A stretch of 60,129 nucleotides of DNA, filler included, from Globobulimina sp. (taxonomy: Eukaryota), in NCBI GenBank assembly GCA_003354225.1. It is 13 parts of 13 records of this genome, joined end to end, with 100 filler letters (N's around TTAATTAATTAA, not from the genome) between each part and the next. Parts side by side here need not be neighbours in the genome. Positions count along the whole stretch, not along the records: positions 1 to 4,536 come from PIVH01001151.1; positions 4,637 to 9,172 come from PIVH01001152.1; positions 9,273 to 13,808 come from PIVH01001153.1; 10 more parts are not named here. One strand, written 5' to 3'. This document shows, piece after piece, positions 1-11,329 of the stretch. A program made the position numbers and the translations under genes. The notes beneath the pieces are model-generated. The model was not told the origin of the DNA and searched no databases. It was given only the letters and a program-made list of their open reading frames with translations. Within the stretch, counting starts at the first letter, position 1, and every line of letters starts with the position of its first letter.

Positions 1-1
1 C

Positions 2-508
2 AAACAACGGCAGTCCGAACTTGAAAATAAATGAATTACAGTTGGCACTATGGAATCCAAGAATCTGGTGGAATTAGGCTTCCATAGTGATGTGACTCGT
101 TTGACGCCTTTGCTTGAAACGGAATATAAAACGAATATATTAACCTCTCTTACGCTTTTCTCAAATTTAAAAAAGGGTGTCAGCAACATCACCATTGCTG
201 GAGAGAAAGCCTCCAAAATCGTGTTTTCACTGAAAACTTTTTCCCATTTTGATCAAAGTGGGGAAAAGATAAGCACCAACATCCACGAAGGTTTAGAGAC
301 AGTAATAACGCTATATCACAGCAAAATCAAACAGAATGTGGAGCTGATTGAAGCGTATGGAAAATTGCCCCACATCAAGGCATTTCCCGATGAATTAAAC
401 CAGGTCTGGATTAATCTAATCCAAAATGCACTGCAGGCGATGAAAAACCAGGGGAAACTGACCTTGAAAACTGAGCTGGAAGGAAACTCCGTCAAAATAT
501 CCATCGAG
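2..508 (+). CDS. Bacterial-type sensor histidine kinase fragment (end of HisKA region plus first half of HATPase_c), truncated at both ends
   Basis: Reads IHEGLETVITLYHSKIK...FPDELNQVWINLIQNALQAM (N-box)...KISIE, then breaks off where the G1 box DxGxG should follow. In-frame TGA at 32-34. Confidence 0.8.
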
Positions 509-1907
509 TTATCCAACACGTAAACCAACAGCACAACCGACACATATTCCCACTGTAAAGCCAACAAACGCACCAACAGAATATCCCACATTTAACCCAT
601 CATTATATCCAAGTGGTGTACCCTCAAAGTATCCGATAATGGATCCAACATCCAATCCCACGAGATATCCAAGCACCAAATTTCCAACATCCAATCCAAC
701 CAGAAATCCAACACAAAATCCAACACAAAATCCAACCAAATACCCAACCAAATACCCAACACAAAATCCAACCAAATATCCAACTAAAAATCCAACCAAA
801 TATCCAACCAAATACCCAACGAAATTTCCTACCAAAATTCCAACCAAATATCCAATCAAAAATCCAACACAAAATCCAACCGAAAACCCAACAAAGAACC
901 CAGTAAAAAACCGAACGAAATATCCAACCATAAATCCAACAAAAAATTCAGCAATGAATGAAACGCAAAGAGCAACATCCGAGCCAACGTTATATGAGCC
1001 AACGGAACCTGAGATATTTGCGCGTCAATTAATATGTGGTGATCGCATATCGGGTGCGTACAATGACGAAATATTATATTTCAAAATCAGTTTGCCATAC
1101 AATGGAGATTTGATATGCGACGCAAGTGACTGTGATTTCAGTGTGCAAACATTAACAGCCTTTCAATACAATGGATTTGAAATCAGCACATATAGCGACA
1201 TATTACATTTACATAACTTAGCCATTGGAGACTATTTATTCAGTATCGAAGGCAATAGAAATGCATACGGCATATTTAGCATACTCATCAACTGTCAATC
1301 CATAAACGATACACCTTCTCCCACCATGTATAATATCCAAAGTAACACAATATTAACACCCACAACATCCACCGATTCCGATTCCGATTCATCCACATTG
1401 GCATATACGAGCAATACTGGCATATACAGCATAATTGGCATACTGTCATTCAGTTTATTTATCATCATAATATTTAACTGCATAACTTATTTGCGCAAAA
1501 GACACAAAAAAACGCAAAAAAATATGAATAAAGCTGCAAAACGGTACAGTATAAAATCCGATTGTGTCATATCGCATGATACCAATATCTCGGGATGCGG
1601 CTCGAATGACTCCTCACCAACCACGGGCACCACCGGTACGATTATTAGCATTATGGACGGATCGCCGTACGCTACACAGTCGATACAACAGTTACAGATC
1701 GAGGCACCGCCTCCAATCAATGAGTGGTCGTTGCCGGCACATACACGGAGTAAGAAATTATTATTTAATAACAGGAGCGATAAAACTAACTCAACTTATT
1801 CACCGTCGTCGGATTCTGATTCGGCTCAAGATAAAAAATTGCAAGACATTTTAAATCAAGCGTTGGCCCGACATGATGATGATATTATTATGCGTAAAGA
1901 TTTGTAA
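486..1907 (+). CDS. Type I membrane protein with PT/PTKY mucin-like repeats, a small extracellular beta domain, one TM helix and a cytoplasmic tail; 5' end lost
   Basis: The frame of ORF 639..1907 is open upstream (TPSKYPSSYPTRKPT from 486). Tandem PT(K/Q)(Y/N) repeats; TM segment IIGILSFSLFIIIIF followed by basic RKRHKK. Confidence 0.8.
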   Translation, partial: TPSKYPSSYPTRKPTAQPTHIPTVKPTNAPTEYPTFNPSLYPSGVPSKYPIMDPTSNPTRYPSTKFPTSNPTRNPTQNPTQNPTKYPTKYPTQNPTKYPTKNPTKYPTKYPTKFPTKIPTKYPIKNPTQNPTENPTKNPVKNRTKYPTINPTKNSAMNETQRATSEPTLYEPTEPEIFARQLICGDRISGAYNDEILYFKISLPYNGDLICDASDCDFSVQTLTAFQYNGFEISTYSDILHLHNLAIGDYLFSIEGNRNAYGIFSILINCQSINDTPSPTMYNIQSNTILTPTTSTDSDSDSSTLAYTSNTGIYSIIGILSFSLFIIIIFNCITYLRKRHKKTQKNMNKAAKRYSIKSDCVISHDTNISGCGSNDSSPTTGTTGTIISIMDGSPYATQSIQQLQIEAPPPINEWSLPAHTRSKKLLFNNRSDKTNSTYSPSSDSDSAQDKKLQDILNQALARHDDDIIMRKDL

Positions 1908-2335
1908 TTTTTATATTTTTTTTGTTTTTTTTCTTTCGATTTATAAAAAATATTTATTGTGATAAAACTTTTAATTTATTGTCTTTACTTTTTATTTGCT
2001 TTATATCTTTTAATACATCTGTTATTATTTTGTCTTTTGTTTTGCTATCATGCATTGATAGATTGTGTGTTTTAATTTTTAATTTAGTTTATTTTTACAT
2101 ATTGATGTATCTGACAATTTACTGAGAAAACACTTTGAAAAAAAGAGTTTTTTTTGCCCATATTAGAAACCTTTATGGTGCAAAACCATGGTACGTTGAG
2201 CAAGCCCAAATATGGTTACCTGTAACAAATGCAAAATAAAAACAATATATATAACAGCTCCATGATAAAAGCACCCCTCCATTACCTCGTGAAACCCGTC
2301 GAACACGTGCAATATCATCGCATTCACGTTACCCC

Positions 2336-3145
2336 ATGTCATCCTTACATAATAATGGTCGGTTATCCACACTCACAAAGTTATCCAACCTGCCGCCACC
2401 ACCGGGACCAACATACATCCTTCCTCCGCCACCCCCACCTCGCAGAACTCACATAATATCCACTACCACCACTACACATAATTGCAATACCCATTATTCC
2501 AACCATCATATTCCACCGATAAGACCACCTAAATCGTCATCAATGACATTATTAACACAATCCACCACCGAAACAGCAACAATGTACTATAATTATCACA
2601 ACAAGCACAGAAACCATATTATTCCGCCACACACTGGCAATCGCGCCAGTAAATCCTGCCGCAATTTGCCTACAAATCATAGCTTTTTCAAGAAGAGACA
2701 ACCAAAGAACTTATCCAATACATCATCAAACTCGTTGTTCGAGAAAAGTAAGAGTGATATCATGTTTTTTGCCGCAATGAATGGAATAGAGACATATTCC
2801 GTGATATATTACACAAATCTGTGTGGTTTAGAATTGTATCCAAATGACACCGTACATGGCATTGGTGCAAAGATTATAAAATGTCATAATGTGTACAGTG
2901 CATCGAGAGTGCTTATAAATTCATTGTTGATTGGTATCAATGATAAGATTGTGTTGAATGTAAATTATAATAAGATATTGAAAACGATCCGATTTGCACG
3001 GAGACCGTTAAAATTAACATTCCATCCACCACCAAAGCATAGGTATAAACGTAGGAAGTATAAGAAAAATGTGCAAAAGTTTGATAATTTGACGCTATGG
3101 CTGGCGGATGATAACTCAGTACGTTTTTCTTCAAGACAACGATAA
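2336..3145 (+). CDS. Pro/His-rich protein with a C-terminal PDZ-like domain
   Basis: GLELYP...GAKIIK...SLLIGIND..V.N..Y.KIL..IR.ARRPLKLTF fits the PDZ consensus. Confidence 0.6.
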   Translation: MSSLHNNGRLSTLTKLSNLPPPPGPTYILPPPPPPRRTHIISTTTTTHNCNTHYSNHHIPPIRPPKSSSMTLLTQSTTETATMYYNYHNKHRNHIIPPHTGNRASKSCRNLPTNHSFFKKRQPKNLSNTSSNSLFEKSKSDIMFFAAMNGIETYSVIYYTNLCGLELYPNDTVHGIGAKIIKCHNVYSASRVLINSLLIGINDKIVLNVNYNKILKTIRFARRPLKLTFHPPPKHRYKRRKYKKNVQKFDNLTLWLADDNSVRFSSRQR

Positions 3146-3406
3146 GTGTTTTGATTTCATTGTGTTTTTTTTTAAGTGTTTGCTATTGATTTATTTAATT
3201 TGTTATTTATTTAGTGATTAGTTATTTCTTTATACTTTGTAATGTGATTAAAAAAAATGTTATTAACTCATGTTTTTCCTTTAATTTATTTTCTGTGGGT
3301 TTGTTCAGAGATATTTTTACCACATAATAAGTCAGACACAGAATTTAGATGCAGCTTAAAATAAGACAAACAGTTTTCATTGAAAAATCCTGCATCAAAA
3401 CGTGTA

Positions 3407-4536
3407 ATGTCGCTTCAAAACACAAACCTGATCGCTTCGAATTGTAAAAATAGCAGCCACAAATATGACATGAACGAACTAGATCACAGCGAACGTGATC
3501 AATTAAACGCAGGGAGCAAATCTAAGAGTGGTACCGGTCCTTTATTTATAGAGCATGAGCATGATATTGGGATCGACGATTCTTCGGCACATCAGACATT
3601 TGGTCATTTTCGTCCAAACAAACACATCCCAAATGATGATGTTTACGAAGAGGAAGAAGAGGATTACGTAAATCATCCGCAATACCTTGCGGTGAAAGAG
3701 AAATTAAAAAAAGAACGCGTCACATTATCAGACATGGAATATTTAGAAAGTAAACTCCATCAATTGGCCGATATAAATTTTGACAGCGCCATGATGCGCA
3801 TATTACAACATAAAATCGAACAGGCTCACGATGGCTATATAAAAAACAAAGGCATCCATAAAACGGAAGCGCCGCCATATGCCTTTTATGACGATGACCA
3901 AATGGAATTGCCCAAAACCAAGAAATTTAAATTGAAATTGAATGAAATGAATCGCAAGTTATACACAGAAAATAGGATTGAATGGATCGATTATATCAAA
4001 TTAAAAGAAGATGACAGTGTGGATTACAGAAACGACCAAGGAAAGTTTGTCGTGGCTAAGGTGATGGAAAAGGATGGCGTCGAATTAGTGTTATACACAA
4101 AAGAGGGACAAACTGTTATGATAAACTTCTTAAATCAGTATCCATATCAACGGTATGTCAACATCCATTAAACGCATTTACTGCGTATACAAATTTTGGA
4201 AACGTTTTGAGGATTAATTGTGTACAGTTATAGTCTGTTGAAATATGTTATATTTGCACAGGTTATTTAAATCGGGAGCAGTCACAGCCAGAATCCCAAA
4301 GAGAATAAGGCGCAAATCGGTGGAGATTGGGTCCCAAATACGTTTGTTATGCGATACCGACTTTATAATGGACTCAAAATGGACGAAAATGGAATGCAAA
4401 GTGGTGGATCGGGATATCGATCAAGACAATGACTCCAATGATGATATTCCCAAACAGATACAAATTGAATTTACATTACATGACCAAACCAATACATTAC
4501 ATGTAACACATACCAATCATAGCAATGGTGATAATA
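3407..4536 (+). CDS. Hypothetical protein with a Tudor/SH3-like repeat; 2 exons (intron 4153-4261), 3' truncated; start codon uncertain
   Basis: A GTATGT...CAG intron joins ORFs 3380..4171 and 4245.. in frame (YPYQR|LFKSG). DSVDYRNDQGKFVVAKVMEKDG is a beta-barrel-like motif. Confidence 0.55.
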
Positions 4537-4636
4537 NNNNNNNNNNNNNNNNNNNNNNNNNNNNNNNNNNNNNNNNNNNNTTAATTAATTAANNNNNNNN
4601 NNNNNNNNNNNNNNNNNNNNNNNNNNNNNNNNNNNN
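4537..4636. other. Artificial contig linker, first of 12; the others are 9173-9272, 13809-13908, 18445-18544, 23080-23179, 27715-27814, 32348-32447, 36980-37079, 41612-41711, 46243-46342, 50873-50972, 55503-55602
   Basis: Identical 44N-TTAATTAATTAA-44N (stops in all six frames). Contig lengths decrease monotonically. Confidence 0.99.
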
Positions 4637-4840
4637 CCTGTGTATCTTCTTTATTGTGGGAGTCATACGCAGTGTTACCTCTACACCTTTCCGTTTGCTT
4701 TTGAGTCGTTCGATGTTAATACGGAAATTTCTGTTCCATTTCTTGTGTCTAACATTCCCTAAGTTAGACACTTGATAATTAGGAAATCCAATAATGTCTT
4801 TTTATTCCTCAATTTTGGTGGGGGAACAGTTTCTGATCAT
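4637..4840 (-). pseudogene. NUMOD4-motif (HNH homing endonuclease N-terminus) fragment with a premature stop
   Basis: Translates as MIRNCSPTKIEE*KDIIGFPNYQVSNLGNVR; NUMOD4 consensus is E.WK.I.g...Y.VSNLGRVr. TAA at 4802-4804 replaces the Trp. Confidence 0.75.
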
Positions 4841-5003
4841 TGATCGAGTCGTGATGAAATTCGCCCTTCTCATTCGAACAAACAAAAGCGTTTTCATGGT
4901 TCACCAGCAAAATGTATTTTGATGTATAAAAGATGTTTTTAACAAGTTTTTAACAAATTTAAGCCTTACAATACCTCGTCCTCGTATCACTGTAACAAAA
5001 TTA

Positions 5004-8000
5004 ATGAACATCAATAGTACAATAAAAAAAGATTTGCATGATGTCCATGGAGCGAATGAACAGTCATTACCGTTTCATGCATCACCATTTCAAACATCCC
5101 CATTCCACACACCATGGCTCGACCAAAAAACACCTGAATCAGAGCTAAATGCGAACGCTGCGCCGTTTATATTAGCCTCTAAACCCGGTCCACCTCCATT
5201 TATTTCGCCCGATAATAATAACTTAGACAACGATACATTTTATAACCAACAAAACCAATACACCCAAAACCAAACAAATCAAAATAACGATCTAAATCAT
5301 TGGGATTTCCAAGGCGCATTAGACGAAAGCTATTCTGCTCTATATTTCAACGACAAATTTGAGTCTGGCTATGATAATAATAATAATATATATGCTGAGT
5401 CAGGCTATGATGACTGGACCGATGACATCGATAAGGAACTGATTAAGTCACTCACTAATGAGATCTATAATGAATTCCACCAAGATATCGATTTAAAACA
5501 CATTAAAAATGCCATGGAAATGGGCATTTATCATAATTTCGATGCGGTATACTCTGATTTTGCTGATATTTGGCTAAATGCAAAGCGATTAGAGAAGTGT
5601 CTCCTGTTTAAATTGTCGCACATTCTAAGCACTCAACGACTGCATATATTAAAATCAAACAAAGAATTTAAGTTTAATGGTTCTGATCCTTTTGCCGTTT
5701 TGGATGATTTAGTGCATCAAAATAAAATAAGTAACGACGTTCCACAGCAGCCATTGGACGAATATTATTTAGATGACACATCATTAAAATGCAATACCTT
5801 GGACCGATGGGACAGATTGGATACGAATACGAACATCGATATGAATATGGACGAAGAGGACGAGCTACGAAATCCAGAAAAACACAAAAAAATCCAAAAA
5901 ATTCAACAGATAATGACCAAAAAGACGAGGAATGAGCACAGTTCGCCGCACGAGGAAGATGAGAATGCGTTGAATTTGAATATAATGGAGTTATATCCTG
6001 AGGATCAGCGCCAAAATAAAAAGAAACCGCCATATCGGCATCGGCCGCCACATGAAAACAAAAACAAAAATCAACAGCAAAGTAAGTATGAAAATAAAAA
6101 GCAAAATCAAAACCAAAACCAACAAAGAAATAGAAATAGGAATAAAAATAAAAAAGCGACACATCACAAAGAAAGAGAGCAAGAAAAGGCGTGGAGTAAA
6201 CCGAAAAAAGTAAAACAAAAATTGGACTCTGAACTGATTGCTGTCAACGACGGCAAAAATAAACCCAAAGGGAACAAAAACAAAAATAGAAATAAAAACA
6301 ACCAGAAAAATAAGCGAAACAAAGCCAAAAATGAGAAAAAGACCAAAGAAAAGACGCAAAAACAGCGGGAGCAGCAACAAAAACAAAAGCAGAAAGAGAG
6401 AGAAAAGTTGAAACAAAAAGAGATTGAGATCGAGAAAGAGCGGCAAAGAGAGATAGAAAAAGAAAAAGAGATTCAACGCGAAAAACAAAAGCAAAAACAA
6501 AAAGAGATTGAGCGCGAAAAAGAGAAACAGAGAAAAAAAGACAAACAGAAACAAAAACAGAAACAAAAACGCAAACAACGACAGAAAGAAAAGCAAAAAG
6601 AGCGAGAAAAGGAAAAGCAAAAACAAAGAGAGAGAGACAAAGAGAAACAGAAACAAAATAAAAACAAACACAAAAACAAACAAAACAAAAACAAAAACAA
6701 AACGACGCCCAAATCCAACCCGAATGCAAATAAGAAAGCAAACAAAAACCAAAACAAAGACAACAAAAACAAAGACAACAAAAACAAAGACAACAAAAAT
6801 AAAACCACCAAAGAAGCAGACAAAGAAAAGGAAGTTGTAAACAAAACTCCAACGAAACTGTCCAAACTGCAAAGAAACGCATTGTTACAGACAATGACAG
6901 TGAGCGAATTAAAAAATATCTTAAAACTACACACCGAAGAAAGCGAATATGCCACATTTTGCGAAAAACCGCAATTTGTCTCCGCAATCATCGCATTTGA
7001 ATCGAAAATCACGGCCAGAAAGGCCAAATGGTCGAAATTCGCCGATAAATATCCTCATTTATTATACAAGGAAAACGCAGAAATAATCTGTAAAAATCAC
7101 AAGAAATATCTCGAAGCGCACACCGCCGCAGAAAAAGAGAAGAATTTCGGCAACGATGCCTTGAAAAATGGAGATTATAATCGCGCCATCAAACATTATA
7201 CGCAATCCATTAAACACCAAATCGACTATAAAGCAGCGTATACCAATCGCAGTTTGGTGTATTTGAAACAAGCGGAATATGACAAATGTATCACGGACTG
7301 TACCACCATCATTGAGATGATCAAAATGGTGGATAGCAACATGTTGAAATCCAATGAAATGTTCAAATCGTATTTGCGGCGCGGCCAAGCTTATAAATTG
7401 CAGAAGAAATATTTCTTAGCAAAGCATGACTTGGATTTGGCCGTAGCGATCATCCCAAACCATAACGATTCGTCGGTGTCGAAATTATTAGCGGACATTA
7501 ACAAAATGTGCAAAAAATCGGCATTGCGGAAGAAGCTGCGTGCGGTCGGCACGTTGAATGATTTTAATTCCATTTTAAATCTGTCATTGGAGTTTATGGA
7601 GAATAACGAACTCGAATGTAAGGAATCGGACGAGTTATTACGGCGTTTATTTGTGTTTCTGTACAAAAATAAGAAATGTTGCATGCTGTTTGCCAGCAAT
7701 AAGGGACATATTTTGTGTCTGAAATATTTGCAGACAAAATTCGACAATTTCTCCAAGGAAAATATGGGTCTCTTTGGGAAGTTGTACTGTTTACTAAATC
7801 GCAGTATTTGTTATATCGAGCTATCGAACAATGCCTTGTTGTCGTTGATCAGTGGCATCGTGGCGTGCACTTTTAAGTATTTTGTGGAGATGCATACGAT
7901 GAGCGAGTTGCAATCGACTGCCATGCGGTTCGTGTCGTTGATGGTCGGCAATGACTGTGCTCGCAACTTCATTGTGCAAGCTTGTGGCGAATCGATTATT

Positions 8001-9172
8001 TTATATTTCTCAAAGTTCCAAACCAATGCCAATTCGAAATTGATTGCAGAGCCCCGACATTGCAAAGGTTTATTCGAATCGTTGTCCTTTTTATTCCGCG
8101 ACACGAGGTTTGTTCGTTTGTTGTTGAAACAGAACAAAGTGAATGGGCCTTGCTATATTTATCAAGTCTTTTTGGATTCCTTTTTTATTTATAATCAAGC
8201 TTTGAAAAAAGGGCGCAAAAATACAGAGAAACCGCTGCAATTCGCCATTAGTGTGCTGTTGGATGGTTTGAGTATTATTTTTGACGGAGCTCTGAACAAT
8301 CCGTTGTTGAATAAGACGGAGCAGAGTGAAATCCAGTTGTTTGTGACTGATATGACCAAAGATTTTGTGTCCAATAATATGACGCATACAAAGTATATGA
8401 AGTCGTTGAAGGAATATTTTAGTTCGACGCAAAAGAATTTTTTGAAACATGCCAGCAATGAAAATGAAGCCGTTGCGTATTTGAGCCAAATTGTAAAATG
8501 TATGAATGTGTTTGCAGCGTTGTCAAACGTCCCCGTTTGTATCGAGGTGTTGTTTAAGCACAATATCTACGAAGAGTTGATATCATTGATTGCAGTTTGC
8601 GACAAAGCGCCGACTTTAAGCTATTATTCGAATAATGTACAGATGCAATCCATGTTGAATTTGACGAGAAATAACATTTTGACGTATTTTGATCATATTT
8701 CCAATGATAAAAGATTTGATGCTTTGTTTGCTGACTATTTTTGGAAGCATTTGATGGATGTTTTTGTGCAGAAATATAATGGGAGGCCGTATCCGAAAGC
8801 GATTCAACAATTTGGCCATAATAAATCGTGCGCCATTCGCTGTGTATATCGGTGGCTTCATCGTGGCCGCGGGGATAATAATAATATTAATAAAGGAACA
8901 AATAAGTTGTTGGAAGTGATTATATTCAAATATTTCAATCAAATGTTGGATTGTTTGTTGATGAATGATGAGCAGGTTTTGGCCAACGCGCCATTGGTAC
9001 TCTCCGAATGTGTGAAATATATCTTACATTCGGTGACTTCGGATAAAAGCAAATTAATTAAGTTTCTTAAACAGGCATTTACGCAAAAAAGAATTATGAT
9101 TATTATTAAATTGATGAAGACCACACATGCGGCCATTCAATACAATGCAATGTTGTTAGTCGCGCAGATTTC
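5004..9172 (+). CDS. TPR plus ARM-like helical protein (TTC12/UNC-45-like layout) with a long K/Q/N-rich low-complexity region; 3' truncated
   Basis: Three TPRs (AEKEKNFGNDALKNGDYNRAIKHYT; AAYTNRSLVYLK; KSYLRRGQAY) at about 7128-7500, followed by helical repeats. Open frame over 4.1 kb. Confidence 0.75.
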
Positions 9173-9272
9173 NNNNNNNNNNNNNNNNNNNNNNNNNNNN
9201 NNNNNNNNNNNNNNNNTTAATTAATTAANNNNNNNNNNNNNNNNNNNNNNNNNNNNNNNNNNNNNNNNNNNN

Positions 9273-9793
9273 ACAATGTCAACCAAAGCCAATGAGGCTA
9301 AAGCACCAATCTCTAAACCTAATGAGCACGAAGGGTCTAAATGAACGTTGGTTGTGCTCACTAAAACAGCAATATTCAAAATATTCCAAACTATAATCAA
9401 TCCGGTCCAAATCGTCAATTTTGTGTTGTTATATTCAAATCCGGTTCCACTAAAACTATCTCTCAATCTACGTATTAAAATCAAATATAATACCACTTTG
9501 AACGCAACATAGGACGTCATTCCGCTGAAACTATTTATCTTACAAGATAAAACTGTAGAAAACGGATCGAATGCATAGAAAATAAGACTTATCATCACTC
9601 CAAATCCAAACAATAGTAATACGAATGATAGATAGACGGATTGATGAGAACGTTTGCACGTGAAATAGTTGCTTTTCTTGGTCATCACAAAATGATATGT
9701 TGCAATTACGACATATATTACCAGGAATACGGAAGAAAATACTTGGCAGAGAGTTTGCATAACATTCTTCTGAATGACAAGGACTGCGGCCAT
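9273..9793 (-). CDS. Multi-pass (7TM-like) membrane protein, 3' truncated
   Basis: Five hydrophobic segments. LYLILIRRLRDSFSGTGFEY resembles YFMILARLYITFVNTLYRL in 42473..43837. Confidence 0.65.
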
Positions 9794-9848
9794 ATGTTGA
9801 TTATGTTCTCACGAAGGTTTTTTTCAGTTCACTTTAAACTCTTTACAC

Positions 9849-11051
9849 ATGGCACGAATGCTCAACAACAGATGTTTCCAAACAAGTGTCACCAAATCCA
9901 TCACTACAACACTGTATACCAAACACCGACATGTATCATTCGCAGCAGCGCCGACTCAAACGCCAGTGCAACCATTTTCTGCATTCGAACAATGCATCGG
10001 CAACACTCCATTATTATATTTAAAATCCGCATCACGCATCGCAGGCTGTAATATCTACGGTAAAGCAGAATTTATGAATCCAGGCGGGAGTGTAAAAGAT
10101 CGTGCCGCATTATGGATGATCAAAGAGGCGCAACAATCTGGTGAATTAATCAAAGGCGAACCAGGCATAGTTGTAGAAGGTACTGCAGGTAACACAGGCA
10201 TTGGTTTAGCATTAGTCTCTTCCATATTTGGTTATGAATGCATTATCGTCATTGCACGCAGTCAAACTCCTGAAAAAAAGGATTGTTTGCGGCAAGCTGG
10301 TGCAAAATTAATAGAAGTGGAGGCTGTGCCGTTCAATGATGACAATCATTATATTAAAATTGCCGAACGGTTGGCGGCAAACTTAAAACAAACCAGTGGC
10401 AAACGAGTATTATACGCCAACCAATGGGACAATTTAGCCAATCAAAGAGCTCATATTCAATGTACAGGTCCTGAGATATGGCAGCAAACCCAACGGAGGG
10501 TCAATGTTTTTAACTGCGCGATTGGAACTGGTGGTACTCTGAGCGGTGTTGGTAAATATTTAAAAATGATATCCAATGATGATCCAAATTTAAAGATATG
10601 TTTGACAGATCCCAAAGGTGCAGCTCTTTACAGATATTATACTTTTGGTGAGCTTAAATCAGAGGGAAGCTCGATAGCTGAAGGGATTGGAGCAGGGAAA
10701 CTAACTAAACAATTGGTTGGATTTAAGCCGGATTATGCGATGGAAATTGATGATCAAGAAATGATGCATTCCCTACATGCAATACAGGAGGAAGACGGTT
10801 TAATGCTCGGTCTGTCATCGGGCATAAATGTTGCTGGAAGTATTCAATGTGCAAAGGATTTTAATTTATCGCCATGGGATACGGTGGTTACTGTATTGTG
10901 CGATTTATCGGTGAGATATACTACAAAGCAATTTAATATTCCATTTTTAGAAAGTAAGAATTTGCCCCGACCAGCTTGGTATGATGAACAAGCTGTGACT
11001 GTGAGTAAGGATAAGTTGTTGATGGAGGCTGTGGAGAAATCATATATTTGA
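9849..11051 (+). CDS. PLP-dependent cysteine synthase (O-acetylserine sulfhydrylase family) with a probable mitochondrial presequence
   Basis: IGNTPL, KAEFMNPGGSVKDRAA (PLP Lys), EGTAGNTGIGLA, GTGGT, EGIG. N-terminus is Arg/Thr/Ser-rich with no acidic residues. Confidence 0.95.
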   Translation: MARMLNNRCFQTSVTKSITTTLYTKHRHVSFAAAPTQTPVQPFSAFEQCIGNTPLLYLKSASRIAGCNIYGKAEFMNPGGSVKDRAALWMIKEAQQSGELIKGEPGIVVEGTAGNTGIGLALVSSIFGYECIIVIARSQTPEKKDCLRQAGAKLIEVEAVPFNDDNHYIKIAERLAANLKQTSGKRVLYANQWDNLANQRAHIQCTGPEIWQQTQRRVNVFNCAIGTGGTLSGVGKYLKMISNDDPNLKICLTDPKGAALYRYYTFGELKSEGSSIAEGIGAGKLTKQLVGFKPDYAMEIDDQEMMHSLHAIQEEDGLMLGLSSGINVAGSIQCAKDFNLSPWDTVVTVLCDLSVRYTTKQFNIPFLESKNLPRPAWYDEQAVTVSKDKLLMEAVEKSYI

Positions 11052-11329
11052 ATGGTGCAAACCAATTCTCCCATGATTGATGTACATATCCTATTTCATA
11101 TGAATATTTTTGCATATTTTCAAGTCTTAGTTTTGTTTCATGTCGATTTTTTTTTTTGGTTCGCTTCTCTATCGTCTCAACAACCCAATCCCAATTCCCA
11201 ACACGCAATGCCACTGCAGTCACAACTATTGAGCTAATTTTCAATGTGGTGATCGGACTTCAACTTTTGGAGTCGATTGATAAGATTGCATTTTTGTACA
11301 AGAAAAGAAAAAGAAAGCTCCTGTAAATA

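Noticed and set aside
520-950. Regular 12-nt repeats as a CRISPR array or satellite
   Set aside because: They encode in-frame PTKY/PTQN peptide repeats and have no unique spacers or cas genes; the same applies to 16970-17700.
4581-4592. TTAATTAATTAA repeated every ~4.6 kb as a biological periodic signal
   Set aside because: It is embedded in N runs as a six-frame-stop linker; ORFs ending in X...LIN are artefacts.
4802-4804. TAA reassignment in the host genetic code
   Set aside because: Conserved genes end in TAA, TAG or TGA and multi-kb ORFs have no internal stops; this TAA is a lesion.
5674-7027. Long Phe/Cys/Leu-rich minus-strand ORFs
   Set aside because: They are antisense shadows of the A-rich K/Q/N low-complexity coding region; likewise 509..931 and 16854..17675.
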